Below the pieces are notes generated by a model that worked only from the letters and a program-made list of their open reading frames with translations, was not told where the DNA came from and made no database searches. A program made the position numbers and the translations under genes. Positions 1 through 12,831 of a stretch of DNA of 64,000 nt are shown in pieces (positions within the stretch are counted from its first letter, which is position 1; every line of letters begins with the position of its first letter). Origin of the DNA: Azolla caroliniana (lineage: Eukaryota; Plantae; Polypodiophyta); assembly GCA_043228905.1 (NCBI GenBank), contig JBHGNT010000001.1, positions 22,320,001 to 22,384,000 on the forward strand. The letters run 5' to 3'.

Positions 1-444
1 TTTAGAATTTAAGGTATTGAAGTCTAAATGGGTTAGAAAGCTTGTGAAGAGAGCTATCCATAGCTTTTTAAAGATCTAAATGTGGAGCTTGGACGAGGGA
101 GATATGACGATTTGAAGATTGTTGTGTCATACATAAGAATAGGACTCGATGAAAAACTCTAAAAAAAGTATAAAAAAGAAAGAAAGGGAAACTTATCTAG
201 TGGAAGAGAACTTTATATAAAGCAAGAAGAGTAAGGTGGTAGGGGAGGCTCTTTCTAGGCGTGTTTTTCTTGCCTATTCATGTAGTGCATTTTTCTTGTG
301 ATCAATTTATCCTTGTAGGCTTGAGTTTATGTATCTTCTTTCTCTCCTACTTATACCAAAATCATTCATTATCAATAAATCTCTGTTGTTTTGGATCTAT
401 ATATCTTATTTATCTCTCTTTTCTATCATCTGTCTCTCATCACA
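1..444 (+). mobile_element. Probable LTR fragment (3' part) inserted into the chromovirus RNase H
   Basis: TATA-like tatataaa near 215, then a pyrimidine-rich U5-like stretch ending ...catcaCA at 444, exactly where the minus-strand RNase H frame (..DLKGRKARWV) breaks off; start lies outside the window. Confidence 0.35.
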
Positions 445-1359
445 ACCCATCGTGCCTTACGACCTTTTAGGTCTTGTTAGTCACAGAAATATTTCAAGGA
501 CTCATGGTCTGTAGTTACCACAAAACGATATCCATAAAGATAATGGCACCATGTTTTGAGCGCATGTATAGTTGCAAATCATTCCTTTTCTTGAACGTTA
601 TACTGACATTGAGTAGAATCAAGTTTCTTACTCTCTAATGCTATTGGTTTGCAATCTTGATGTAAGACAACACCTATAGCATAATCACTTGCATCGGTTT
701 CAACCTCAAAATGTTTTGAACGATTGGGTAAAAGAAGCAAAGGAGCCTTGCACACCGGGTCCTTGAGTTCCTTAAAGGCGAGGTCTAGTATAACATTCCA
801 CACAATAGGTTTTGTAGACTTACGCGTTTGACCTTTTTGAAGAACAGTAAATGGCATCGTCAATTGAGGGTAATTACGAAGGGATTTTCGCAAAAACCCG
901 ACAAAACCAAGGAATGATCGAACTTCTCGAATATTCCGAAGAGTGGGCCAAAGTTTGATTTTCTCGATGCGAGAAGGATCAATTTTAACTCCTCATTCGG
1001 TTATGACATGTCCAAGATAAGTAATTGATTTCTTGAAGAACTCGCATTTTGAGATCTTCGCGTAGAATTGCTTGTCGCAGAATGTTTGTAAGACAAAGCA
1101 GACATGTTTAGCGTGTTCTACTAATCTATGACTATAAACTAAAATATCATCCAAGAAAATAACGACAAATTTTTCAACTTGTTCTCGGAAAATATCATTC
1201 ATTTCGTGTTGAAATGTGGCCGGAGCATTGCTCAAACCAAAAGGCATAACCAAAAACTCATAATGGCCATAGCGCGTACGAAATGCCGTTTTAGGAACAT
1301 CGTCCTCACTTATACGAATTTGATGGTAGCCCGTACGAAGATCAATTTGATGGTGCAAT
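445..1359 (-). pseudogene. pol: Chromovirus-type Ty3/gypsy pol fragment (RT-RNase H), disrupted
   Basis: Motifs [64 protein letters not shown] in ORFs 993-1412 and 579-893; stops and frameshifts. Confidence 0.92.
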
Positions 1360-1814
1360 TGTTGTCCACTGGACCTTAGGCTTAGACGAGTAGAATATAT
1401 TATTAGAAGCATTAAAGAAACGCATGTAACGGTTCACGCTAGGAGCGTAAGGGACTAAAAGCCTTGTGTATATAAAGGGCTGAAATCCTCTGTAAAGAGC
1501 TAGCGTGTAATTAGGGAGCTACCTTTTGTAATGCAATACTATCTTCTCTAATTCCCGTGTCTATGTAAGTCGTCTACTGATTCGGTGTAGTACTCTATCG
1601 GTAATTGTGGGCTAGTAAGCGTAGGGTAAGTGTGTATATGAGATCATGCACCGGTGAGATTCGGTTGTAGCCGTCTCCCTTCACGTCCAGATGATATGCT
1701 TTGCTTTGTAAGCTTGTTACATTTTGCGCACCTACGGATCTATTCCTTGCACCACAATCACCTTGAAGTCTACCTCGAAGGACTGAGAGTAGATAGCGTT
1801 CCTAATCGGTAACA
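1360..1814 (+). repeat. 5' LTR of E1
   Basis: TG...CA ends, TATA tatataaagg near 1469, direct repeat of 9763-10159. Confidence 0.93.
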
Positions 1815-1818
1815 CTTT

Positions 1819-1834
1819 TGGCACGCTTGGTGGA
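1819..1834 (+). promoter_or_regulatory. Primer-binding site, tRNA-Arg type
   Basis: TGGCACGCTTGGTGGA 4 nt after the LTR; resembles the complement of the plant tRNA-Arg(UCU) 3' end (..CCCACCGGGCGTGCCA). Confidence 0.8.
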
Positions 1835-1862
1835 TTTGTGGTTTAGCACAGACGAGGTAAGG

Positions 1863-3023
1863 ATGACTAGCCGTAGAAGAGCCAAAGAACCAACCCGACA
1901 AGATCGACGAGTGATGAGGTTTATCACTCGCCAGATAGAAGAGCACGCTAAGCAAAAACCTCGCCTCAACGACCACGACTGCTCCTTTCAGGAGTACATG
2001 GTAGACTCCACGCTCACAGATCAACGCGAGATCGACCACGAAGCCTTGTCGCCACATGAACAAGGTAGTGTGATTAAACATCACACTAGTCCACATCGCG
2101 AAAGTAGGAGTCTTCCCCTACCGATCGTCAACACAGCGTTCAAAATGGCTTTCTCATACCCCCGCTTGAATGGAGAAACAAACGCTACTAGCCACATCCG
2201 GATATTCCTCAATGTTTGAAATGCTAATCATCTAGCGCAACGGTTTCCAAACGCAGAAGGTCAAACTTCGAAGATCGCCGAGTTCAGGTTAACTTTGGAC
2301 GGTTGGCCTGTGTGCTGGCATTCCCAGATGGATTTGGTAGCAATCACAACCTTCGACCATCTACAATCAATGTTATTGCGTTTTCTTCATCGGAGGGTGC
2401 CACAACGTGAAATAATCGGGTAGTTCTATACCATCAAGCAACTTCCCACAGAATCCGTAGCGGATTTTAGTCTACGTTTCTAGAGTCTATGGCAGAACCT
2501 TACACGGGCCTCAACAAACGAAGTGGCCAAGGAAACGTTCTTGGTAGCTCTAAGACAGCCTCTCTGGACGACGCTGAGCACATAGAGTGTGAAAGGGGAG
2601 ACAACTGACATGGTCATCGAACAAGTATTGTACAGCTCGTCCATGGCATCACTACGGTAGGCGTTGCCTTAGGATAAGGAACATCAATTTCGCTAGGCCA
2701 TTCAGTGTATGGTCTGTTTAAACTCTAGACATTCTGCAGTTGAATGTAGCATGTGACTACATGGCCCAATTTGCCATTCACGGGCACGCACGGTGGACCA
2801 ATGTGAGTATAATATGCTCAACAGGACCACACCCGTAGCATGGCGTATGGAGCCACAATGGCAATCTCGAAGGAATGATTCAGGATGGCAAGAGGAACGT
2901 GCCCGGTATACAGACCGGAATCAACGAATGGAGCGCCAGTATCGTAAAAACCATAACACCGACCCGTACTCGAACGAAGAAGATCAAGAAGAGGAAGAAT
3001 ACCGCAGTACCAACCGTTACAAT

Positions 3024-3055
<32 letters not shown>

Positions 3056-6000
3056 CGTCGTTACGACAATCGACAACCTACAAACAATCGTCGAGGATTC
3101 AATGGGGGATGTCCAAATAGACACAATCGACAACATAAGGACCAACGCTGTTATGACGAAAGTTCAGAGGACGACTGTCATCAAGAGCCACGACAAGAAT
3201 ACCGTCAACAACCCCGGAATAACAGGCGACTACACCATAACCTGGACGAACAAGCAGTATCGGCGGAAACTAATACACCTCCGGAAGTGGAAAGAGTAGA
3301 GTCCAACGTACTCTGTTTCGTGTGTCAACAACCCGGTCATTACGTGACGTAGTGCCCACGTCGAAAAGGAAAGGAGGCAGTCATGAATACCATCACGACA
3401 GATGTCCAACAAGTCACAACAAGAAAATAGGCGAAGAATGCAGACTAGGCAGAACAAGATGAGAGACGCAAGGCAGCCCAGGCTTGGGTAGAAAAAGCAA
3501 ATGCTGCAAACGCAGAGCATATGAAGCACGAGTCCGCAAATGATAGTTTGCCGATGAAAGAAAATACATCCTCATCGGATCCCATGTGGCAAGCATTGGC
3601 TGACTGTGAGATAACAATGACCATGGAAAAACTTCTCCGATTGGTGCCATGATTCCGACAGGTCGTGGAAAATCACATAAGGGGCACCGCCGGATTAGAT
3701 GTCTCAGCAAATTTTGCTAAGTCTAGTACTGGCCCAATAGTTGTAGATCATCACAAGCCAACCATTACGTTGGTATTCCAAGGATAGGAAATCTCGGGAT
3801 GTATCATTGATGGGGGATCCAGTGTTAATGTCATCAGTACGAATAAATGCGCACGACTAGGAATTACAGGATTGGAAGCATGCCGTTAATCCGGAAACTG
3901 GGCATTGTTGTTGGCGGCCATCACTTCGACATCTCTGCGGTAGTGCTCGCCCTAGACGCTCCAGGCAGATCTTGGCTACGCTCAGCCAACATCAAGCAGA
4001 ATTGGCAGCATAATTGTATCAGCTTCTGGCGAGGCCGAAGCAAAGTTCGCGTGCCCACTCAGGAAACGACGACGCCAACCAAGGGCATAAGGCCACTATA
4101 TGCGGAAGATATAAATATGCTGGAAGGAGTAGATGATACAGAGCTTGAGGCGTACCTAGAGAACCACTCGCGGATTGTTCCATTATTCGAAATTGACATA
4201 ATAGAAACCGTTGTGGAATATGCCCCATCTAATACGCTGTAGGAAGCTGAATACGAACCAAACCCAGAGTCGCTAATGGAGTTAAGTAGAGCACGCGCAA
4301 CATTCGAGAGAGAAATGGAAATCTCGTGGTGAGTCACCACTTCGGCATTAGAAGAAGTCAATATTGGAACCACGGCGGAACCTCGGCTACTCTCAATTGC
4401 GAAGGACTTGGTCCCACGTGAGAAGACGACAATGATCGAGCTGCTCAAGTAATATAAGGATGTTTTCAGATGGTCACATGAGGACATGCAGCGGCTGGAT
4501 CCAAACCTCTATCAACACAAGATCAACTTGTCCACCGATGCAAAACCGGTGGAGCAGCGTCGCTATCAGATGAACCCGAATTACGCAGTTCGTGTAAATG
4601 AAGAGATTGACAAACTTCTAAAAGCAGGGTTTATCCAGCCGGAGAAGCAGGCCATGTGGCTGAGCCCGATAGTTGTGGTACCAAAGAAAAATGGTAAAAT
4701 CCATGTTTGCATGGATTATCGTAAGCTTAACGCCGTAACAATAACGGACGCGTTCCCCTTACCCGTCACCGATAGCGTACTAGACACGATCGCGGGCCAT
4801 GACATGTATAGTTTTCTAGATGGTTTTAGCGGATACAATCAGGTACGCATGCAGCCTGATGACCAGGAGAATATTGCGTTCGTCATGGAGTGGGGTGTTT
4901 TTGTCGTTGTGGTCATGATGTTTGGCTTAAAGACGGCGCCTGCCACGTTCCAATGAACAATTACGGAGATTTTTAGGGAGTACATACCCGCCTTTATGCA
5001 AGTCTTTCTCGACGATTTCATGGTATATGGAACACGAGGAGAACATTTAGGCCATCTCCGAGTTTGTGTGGAGTGATGTCGTATGTCACGCCTCAGCCTT
5101 AATCCGACCAAATGTGCATTTGGTGTCACCAGTGGGGCACTTCTCAGACACATCATAAGCAAGGAAGGATAACGGTGGATCCGAACAAAATCACGGCGAT
5201 CATTGACGCAAAGACTCCGATTAATGCCAAAGCCCTCAACCGCTTCTTGGGTCAAATACGCTAGCATAGCCAGATGTTATGGTACTTGGTGGATTTTGCA
5301 ACCCCATTACATACCGCCGTACATCAAACGCCCTTCAAGTGGATGGAAATAGAAGAGAAATCTTACGACGCACTCAAGATAATGTTAACCCAAGCATCGG
5401 TCATACAACCACTAGATTGGACTAAACCTTTTCATGTCTTTGTGCATGCCTCAGATATAGCAATAGGCAGCGCATTAATGCAACTCACAGAGCCGAGTTG
5501 GTATAGACCAGTCTATTACGCCAGTCCTAAACTATCAACTACCGAGAGGAACTACTCCACAACCGAGCGTGAAGCCTTGGGGATGATATATAGCATTAAC
5601 AAATTCCGGCATTATCTGCTAGGGCACATATTTACGTTTTATGTAGACCACGCGGCGTTATTGTATCTACTTGAGAAACAAGCATTGACAGGGAAGCTGG
5701 CCAGATGGATGTTGTTGCTCCAGGAGTTCGATTTCGCAATTTAGCATCGGCCGAGCATGAAGCATGTCGTAGGTGATTTCTTAAGTAGAGTGGATAATGG
5801 CGATAATGCGGTGCAGGACGATGACGACTTTCCTGACGCTGATATTCGAAGGATCGCGAATATGGCATCACAGGCAGAAATGAATTTTCCGGATCGTTGG
5901 CTAGTGGAAATGACGTACTTTCTGACCACGAGACTGCCACCTCCGTAGCTAAGGACGGATGAAAAGAAACATTTGGTTGTCCGCAGTCGTAAGTTTTGCC

Positions 6001-7208
6001 TAGTCGAAGGAGTACTATACCACAAGGGCAGCGATGGGATCTGGCGACATAGGATACGCCAGGATGAAAAGGAAGCCGTTCTACGCGAAGGTCATTTTGG
6101 TACGGTCGGGGGACATTATGCGGATGATGTTACGGCCCGAAAAATATGGCAAGCAGGTCTATGGTGGCCAACTACATAGAAAGACGCGTATCAATACTAT
6201 AGGCAATGTGATCTATGTCAACGGTTGGGACAACCTACGGAGCTCGCACAGATGCTGCACCAACTGGTCCTTCCACTGGATCCATTCCAGAAATGGGGTC
6301 TGGATTTTGTCGGTCCCTTTACACCGGCAACGGCGCGGACCGCAATAAGTACATTCTCGTAGCCACGGATTACTGCACTAAGTGGGTAGAAGCAAAAGCG
6401 TTACGGGATAACACGACAGCATCCACGACAAAATTTCTTTACGAATACATTTGGTGTCATTTTGGTAGCCCAATCGAGCTCATCAGGGATCAAAGGAGCC
6501 ACTTTCTGAATTCGCTCATCTACGAGCTAACACATCATTACGTCGTAGTGCATAAGAAGAGCATGCCCTATTACCTGCAGGCGAATGGGTTAGCGGAGTC
6601 CACGAACAAAACCTTATAGACCATAATGAAAAAGATTGTAAATGAGAATAGAACAGATTGGGATACCAAGCTGCATAGCACCTTGTGGGCATATCGGATG
6701 AGTTACCAAACTAGCGTACACTCCACACTTTTCCAGCTAGCGTTTGGGTTAGAAGCTGTAATGCCCATCGAATTCTAGGTGCCCAGTTTGAGAATTCAAG
6801 TACGATACCGACTGTCAGAAGGCAAGTCTGAGCAAATACAGCTACAACAACTTCTTGAATTAGGCGAGGCTTGGGTCCATAGTATGGCCATACTCGAGCA
6901 AGAGTAGCAACAGCATAAAGCGTTCGTGGATTGACATCGATGCACACACGAGAAATGCTTTGCAATTGGGAAGGCCGTATTGGTCTTTCAAACACGCATG
7001 GGTGAAATGCCAGGTAAGTTACGGTTCCACTAGACAGGGCCGTATTGGATAGTGGGAGGGGAAAATGGCACCTTCCAATTGGGTACCCTCATCGGAGTTA
7101 AACTTCGGCAAAAAGTGAATGGGTTGCAATTAAAACCTTATCTGGGGCCTACGCCCCCGAACCCGTTTCACACTGTAACTGACACGGCAGAGAGGTCCCT
7201 ACACTAAT
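1863..7208 (+). pseudogene. gag-pol: gag-pol of E1 (zinc knuckle, PR, RT, RH, INT with GPY motif), many stops
   Basis: CxxCxxxxHxxxxC near 3314, IIDGGSSVN protease near 3803, YSFLDGFSGYNQV and [28 protein letters not shown] and [20 protein letters not shown]. Confidence 0.92.
3025..3055 (+). repeat. Poly-G tract (31 G) in E1 gag
   Basis: Direct count; the homologous site in E2 (about 23021) has only 5 G. Confidence 0.9.
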
Positions 7209-7365
7209 CAGTAGTTGGGACCGACGTGTAATAAAATGTTAAAGTAATATTGTGCTTTACTGTTAAAAAAAGAGAGAGAAGATAGTGACGACTATTAAAA
7301 GGTGTTTATGCATGCACAAACTTCAAGATCAAGCACACGCGGCAACACGATGTCACATAGGCCAA

Positions 7366-9702
7366 TAAACCCTAGAGCACAAAAAGAGGGAAAAAGAAGG
7401 TTTTCTGCACACTAGAGAAAACAAACTAACTCTCCTTGCCCTCCTCGCTCCCCACCATACCACAAAGTCCACGATCACCGTAGTTTGAGAGCTTCACCTA
7501 TTCTATACGAACCTCTTCCACCCACGATGCCGGTTCCCATCTCTGCGGCTTTACGGAGGTGGCTCCTAGGTAAGGGTTTTGAGGGGTACATCAAGGTCGC
7601 CGAGGCACCATCACACCCTGATGCTCTCGACATCGCCAAAAAGCTCAACGTGGACACTGTGACAAATGCCCAGTAAACCAATGCCTCCTCCACGATCCAC
7701 GAAAAGACGGTTATCGGAATTGGCAACCACGGAATGAGAAGAGCAACCACAATCTTCCCACCCCGTAGTGCAATCATTGCAGCCGGAACAACTAGCAAGG
7801 CTGGTGGAAGCACCAACAACAACGATTGAGCAAGAAACGGAACAGAATCAAGAAAGTACCAGGCCAAAATTGCGAAGATTAGATCGGAAGGATGGTCGTG
7901 GACTGGTCAAAGACACAACTGCACCAGTCGACACTTCCGCCCCTACAGAGCACATAACAACATTGGAGATAATCAGGGAACCACATCCGATCATTACGGC
8001 TCAATCGCAACGTGGAAAAGGAGTGCTCACAACGGAAAGTGAAGTCTTGAAGTATCGAGACATCTTGGATACTGTTACAGTTTGGGATGACTTACGAACT
8101 CATGGGATTTTTGGAGACACAACAGATCAAGGTGTCACAAAGAATGGCTGAGGAGCACGCAGAACTGCAAATGATTGAGCATGCGCTGACCAGAACGGTA
8201 GTATGCAATGATGAGGGACCCCTCACCAAGATAGGCAAACAACGAAACGTAGGTATTCGCCGCATGGGCATTGAATTACCCCCATTGAATACAACCCTGT
8301 CGAAGTACATAGGGAGTTGTCCACAATTCGTATGGGAGCCAAAGATATGGCTATCAAAAATAAGAATGTTTGGAAAACAGTCTAGCTAACTCAAACCCAA
8401 CTACAGAAAGCCCAAGAGCGCATTGCGGAATTAGAACGTAGCACAACTACGGCATAGCAAAACCCCGGATTGGCATCCAGCGATGACGCAACGACGACTT
8501 TACGGGAGGAGGTCGAAGCACAAATCACCATCGCCGCAAAAGCAAAAAGAGTTATGCAGTTAGCCGAATCCGAGCTTGACCGCCTCCACGTGGAACTATG
8601 CCAATCATCAAACAGAGAAAAGGATGTCTGGGCAAAAGGATGAAGGGCGGTGAAAACACTAGACAATAAGCTCGAGGCGGAGATAACAACACATACACGC
8701 ACAAAAGAAGAAAATAGGAAGTTGCATGAGGAAGCCCAAAAGACAGAAGTCATTATCACAGGACTCCAAGAGTTATTGGAAAGGAAGAAAGCATGGTACG
8801 ACAAGCAACTCATGCGGGAACGGGAATTGAAGCATCAGGTAGAAGTTTGCTTGAACAATGAAATGGGCCGGCTCGAGGAACTACACTTGAAAGAATCCCA
8901 AATATGGACGAAGATGAAGAGCCTCTATGAGGAGACCGCTACGGCAAATAAGTGTAAAATCGAAAACCTCAAGAAAGCCCTAGACAAAGCGCAAACGCGC
9001 TCAGAAATAATAATGGGACAATGTACACGTCCTTCTTCAAACAAATCGCGAGCGGTTTACGACACAGTTGAAAGTGGCATTGGACAAAGAATTGCACACC
9101 TATCGGCGGATTGGGAGAACCAACGAAAAGAAGGCAGAGACTTCTACAAGCTCAATGAGGAAAGCATTTCAGTAGTATGCAAAGACCTCGCGCAGGACTA
9201 TCGCACCCTAGTGGACCAGCACTCCAAAGAACTCACACAGTTGTTGGAAGATTTTGGGGAAAGTCAGGAAGACATTTTCCACCGGCTAAAGGAGATCAGC
9301 CGTGAACAGTAGAGGACGGAGACAATTGTGGTACCAGATAGTGATTCCGCCAAACAAGATGAGCCTCAACCCAATTCGAACAACCCACTAGAGGTGACCA
9401 ATACGCCTGTTAACGCTATGGAGGAAACAAGCAGGGAAGAGCCCCCTTCGACCGCTTGCCCACAGACTGCCAAAACCTCGAAGGAATGATCCGGACATTG
9501 ACCCAACTGAGCTGGCCCGGATCACGCGGAGTACAGATCACAACATGGGAACTCTTACACCACCTGACGTGGTGAAGTGGACGACACGCAATTGGAGAAG
9601 CCAGTCGAGCAGAACAACGAAGCACCTATGGATGTCACGACGCTTCTGGACCAGGTCGTACGGATGGAGCCGAACATCCTAGGCATTTTGAATGATGAGT
9701 AG
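7366..9702 (+). pseudogene. Extra sense 3' ORF (ORF2) of E1, coiled-coil protein
   Basis: Fragments 7485-7676, 7768-8151, 8087-8389 and 8650-9312 align with the E2 ORF2 (PISAALRRWL..GYI.VAEAP.HP.ALDIA; long E/K/L-rich helical segment). Confidence 0.8.
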
Positions 9703-9717
9703 AGGGACGGGTCTGAC

Positions 9718-9747
9718 GTGCCATGGCACTGTCCCAGATGTGTGCCA
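9718..9747 (+). promoter_or_regulatory. 12-bp palindrome plus tRNA-sense (anti-PBS) motif upstream of the E1 3' LTR
   Basis: GTGCCATGGCAC (9718-9729) then GTCCCAGATGTGTGCCA (9731-9747); homologous to 35366-35395. Confidence 0.7.
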
Positions 9748-9762
9748 AGTATTGGCCTCCAG

Positions 9763-10159
9763 TGTTGTCCGTCGGACATAACGCTTAGACGGGTAGAATA
9801 TATTATTAGAAGTGTTAAAGAAACGCATGTAACGGTTCACACTAGGAGCGTAAGGGACTATAAGCCCTGTGTATATAAAGGGCTGAAATCCTCTAATACA
9901 ATACTATCTTTTCTAATTCCCATGTCTGTGTAAGTTGTCTATTGATTTGGTGTAGTACTCTGTTGGTAAATGTGGGCTAGTAAGCGTAGGGTAAGTGTGT
10001 ATATGAGATCATGCACCGGTGAGATTCGGTTGTAGCCGTCTCCCTTCACGTCCAGATGATATGCTTTGCTTTGTAAGCCTGTTACACTTCGCGCACCTAC
10101 AATAACCTTGAAGTCTACCTCGAAGGATTGAGAGTAGATAGTGTTCCTAATCGGTAACA
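9763..10159 (+). repeat. 3' LTR of E1
   Basis: Matches the 5' LTR with substitutions and two internal deletions (397 vs 455 bp). Confidence 0.93.
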
Positions 10160-10690
10160 GCAACGCCAGGTACAATATCTATATGATGGTCTATATTAAG
10201 TTTAAGAGGTAAACCATGTGGTAGTTCACTCGGAAAAACATCACGAAAATCATTTAAGATTTCATCAAGTTGTTGTTTTTCAAAATATGATAATTGACCC
10301 GAGACATTATCGATATTGTAAATGTGAATGTCCAGATCAAGTATACAATAAAATAAAGTAGAACAAGACAACTCAGACATTGACTGAGAGGAAACAATCG
10401 AGAGAGATTGGTTTTTAACACATTGAATAAAATGAGTACAATCGTTCTGTACAAAACTAATTGAATGATGAATCCAATTAATAGATAAAGAAGAGTTTTT
10501 ATTAAAAAACCACAGATAACCCAATATTAGATCAGTGGTACAAAGATTCATTACATGGAAGTCTACTTCGTCTATATAAGTATCAATAGAAATTCCTAAT
10601 GAATGAATCGTCCCGTTGCTCACAAAATTGTGTGAGCTTCCCGAATCAAATAAAATTTGTACGGGAGATCCATTGATATACTCGTCCCGA
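10160..10690 (-). pseudogene. pol: Upstream half of the chromovirus host: aspartic protease and PR-RT linker
   Basis: ILFDSGSSHNFVS, DLILGYLWF, FRDVFPSELPHGLP..IDHHIDIVPG; joins 445-1359 across the E1 TSD. Confidence 0.88.
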
Positions 10691-10716
10691 ATCAAAATTG
10701 TGTGAGCTTCCCGAAT

Positions 10717-10945
10717 CCGGATGTGGAGTACCCAGCTTCGGAAGACCCGGTGACAACCGGATGTGGAGTACCCGACAATGGAAGACTCGGTAAGAACAAG
10801 ATGACGAGTACCCGGCTTCGAAAGACCCGGTGAGAACCAGATGACGAGTACCCGGCTTCGGAAGACCCGGTGAGAACCGGATGACGAGTACCCGACAAGG
10901 AAGATCCGGTGAGAACCGGATGTTGCAGGCCCGGTGAGAACCTCT
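10717..10945 (+). repeat. About 40-bp tandem repeat (about 5.5 copies) in type A U3
   Basis: Unit similar to CCGGATGACGAGTACCCGGCTTCGGAAGACCCGGTGAGAA. Confidence 0.85.
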
Positions 10946-11400
10946 CATTAGATGGAAGGGACATATATGTAAATATGTTCCAGAGAGCCCCCTGGGGCTA
11001 TATTTGTAAATAGCCCGAAACTCATGTTAGTATAAATATGACCTACGGCAAAGTTAATAGTTATGATGTAGAGTTGGTTGTGTTAATTATCGTCGTGGCA
11101 ATAATTCAGTGTGTAACTGCGTACAGAGAAGAGAGAGAGAGAGGAAGAGGTCGTTGCCTCTATTGTAACCGCCTGGTGGCGAAGCGAGGGAGCAAGAGGT
11201 CGTTGCCTCTGTGCCCCATTGTTGTAATCTTGATATAGTGATATTTTGCAGTCTGAGGGTTGCCGTGGTTTTTCCCAGATTTGGGTTTTCCACGTTAACA
11301 TCCAGTGCACTCTCTTCTTTACTGTTTCGTGTGTAAATACATCTCACCACATCCCTGTTTTCTGTGCTTGATCTGATGTCTCGGTTGTGGCCGAGCGTAG
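10717..11400 (+). mobile_element. Truncated LTR of the Tork/Tnt1-like copia (type A)
   Basis: Shares TATAAATATGAC, GGGTTTTCCACGT and CTCGGTTGTGGCCGAGC blocks with LTR 12280-12831. Confidence 0.8.
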
Positions 11401-12279
11401 CTGAGGGAACGATATTCCTTTCAAATTGCAACTGCTTAGTCCTGAGCGCTTCGTTGGGTTTGTTATGGTCCCTCTTCGAAGTGCGTTGATAGCGAAGAAC
11501 TATTTCAACAGCCTCTTCGAAGGATTTTGGATCCTTATCGTGCATTATGTAGTGATAGTCCGAATTGGGGATGCAATTGACAAAACAAGCTATTAACTGT
11601 GACAAAATCAGTCCAAGTATAGAATACCACGGTAAATTCTCACCACGGGACGTTATATGCTCATGCTCGTAACAAATGTATTGTAGGCGTGGGTGACAAA
11701 AGGCAAGATTTGATCCTAGGTTTTGTGGAATGAATTGATGTAAGCAGCAATCTCCTGCTTGAGGGTCTTGTTGAGGTGTTCGGTGAGGCCATTTGTTTGT
11801 GGATGGTACGGGGATGTAAACACTTGATGGACACCTAATTGAGTTGCGACAACATTGAGGACATCCCCATGGAACTGGCGACCCTGATCAGATAAGAGTT
11901 GGAGAGGACAACCATGCTGAAAAATTACCTTCTGCAAGAGTTGGGAGGCAATTGTTGCGTAATGACGTCGGGCATGCCAATAGTTTCATCCCACATGGTG
12001 AGGTATTCTGTTATGTCTAGGATACACCTGTTGCCCCTCGAGGTTTCGGGAAAAGGTCCCATGAAATTCCATCCAACCAGCTCGAAAGGTGACGTGACGA
12101 AGATGGGCTGGAACGGTCCAACTAGCTTGCCCCCAAGTTTGATGTGTTGACGCAAAGCACATTGTTTGATGTAGGTAGAGATAGACTGTCACATGTTGGG
12201 CCAGTTATACTTGAGGCGTAATTTTTCAAGAATTGTGTGGAAACCCAGATAGCCCGAAAAGGGGTGCTCGTGATAAAAT
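11401..12279 (-). pseudogene. Ty3/gypsy integrase fragment of a different lineage, followed by a gag-like piece
   Basis: HPFSGYLGFH..KYNWPNM, PFELVGWNFMGPFP, LLSDQGRQF, TSPYHPQTNGLTE; then KDPKSFEEAVEI (11400-11605). Confidence 0.8.
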
Positions 12280-12831
12280 TGTTGGGAAATCGGTCCCTCC
12301 GGATGGGATTCGGTGATGAATAAAGAGGACCCAGCGAGAACCATAAGAGATACGGAAACTAGAGGAGACCCGATGAGAACCGGAAGAGAAGACATACTTG
12401 TAGATATGTTTTGAGTAAGCCTAGTAAGGCTATATTTCTAAATGGCCCTAAGTTAATATAAGTATAAATATGACTTAGGGAAATCAGTATAGAATGTGAG
12501 AGTGTTGTTGTTTATATCGTTGTTACTATTGTACAGAGAGTGATAGAGAGGGAGACAGTGTGAGATATAGAGAGATACTTTGTTGTAACCACTAGTTGGT
12601 GAAGATACAGAGCTCGAGGTCGTTGCTCCAAGGCTCTAATTGTGCCTTTCTCCTATAGTGATAGTTCGAGTCCGTGGGCTCCCGTGGTTTTTTCCCTATT
12701 TGGGTTTTCCACGTAAACATCTTGTTTATTTCCTTTTTGTACTCTCCACTTCCCATTTCTGTGTTTCATTCCCATTCCTGTGATTCAAGCCTCGGTTGTG
12801 GCCGAGCAATATTCCGTGTTTATTCTTCTCA
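12280..12831 (+). repeat. 5' LTR of copia A1
   Basis: Starts TGTTGGGAAATC, TATA near 12463, followed by a tRNA-iMet PBS. Confidence 0.85.

Larger units (their letters stand above)
1360..10159 (+). mobile_element. Full-length non-chromoviral Ty3/gypsy LTR retrotransposon E1 (Athila/Phygy-like layout, no additional RNase H seen), decayed
   Basis: Paired LTRs TGTTGTCC...GGTAACA, TSD GCAAT (1355-1359)/GCAAC (10160-10164), PBS, order gag-PR-RT-RH-INT then an extra ORF. Confidence 0.95.
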
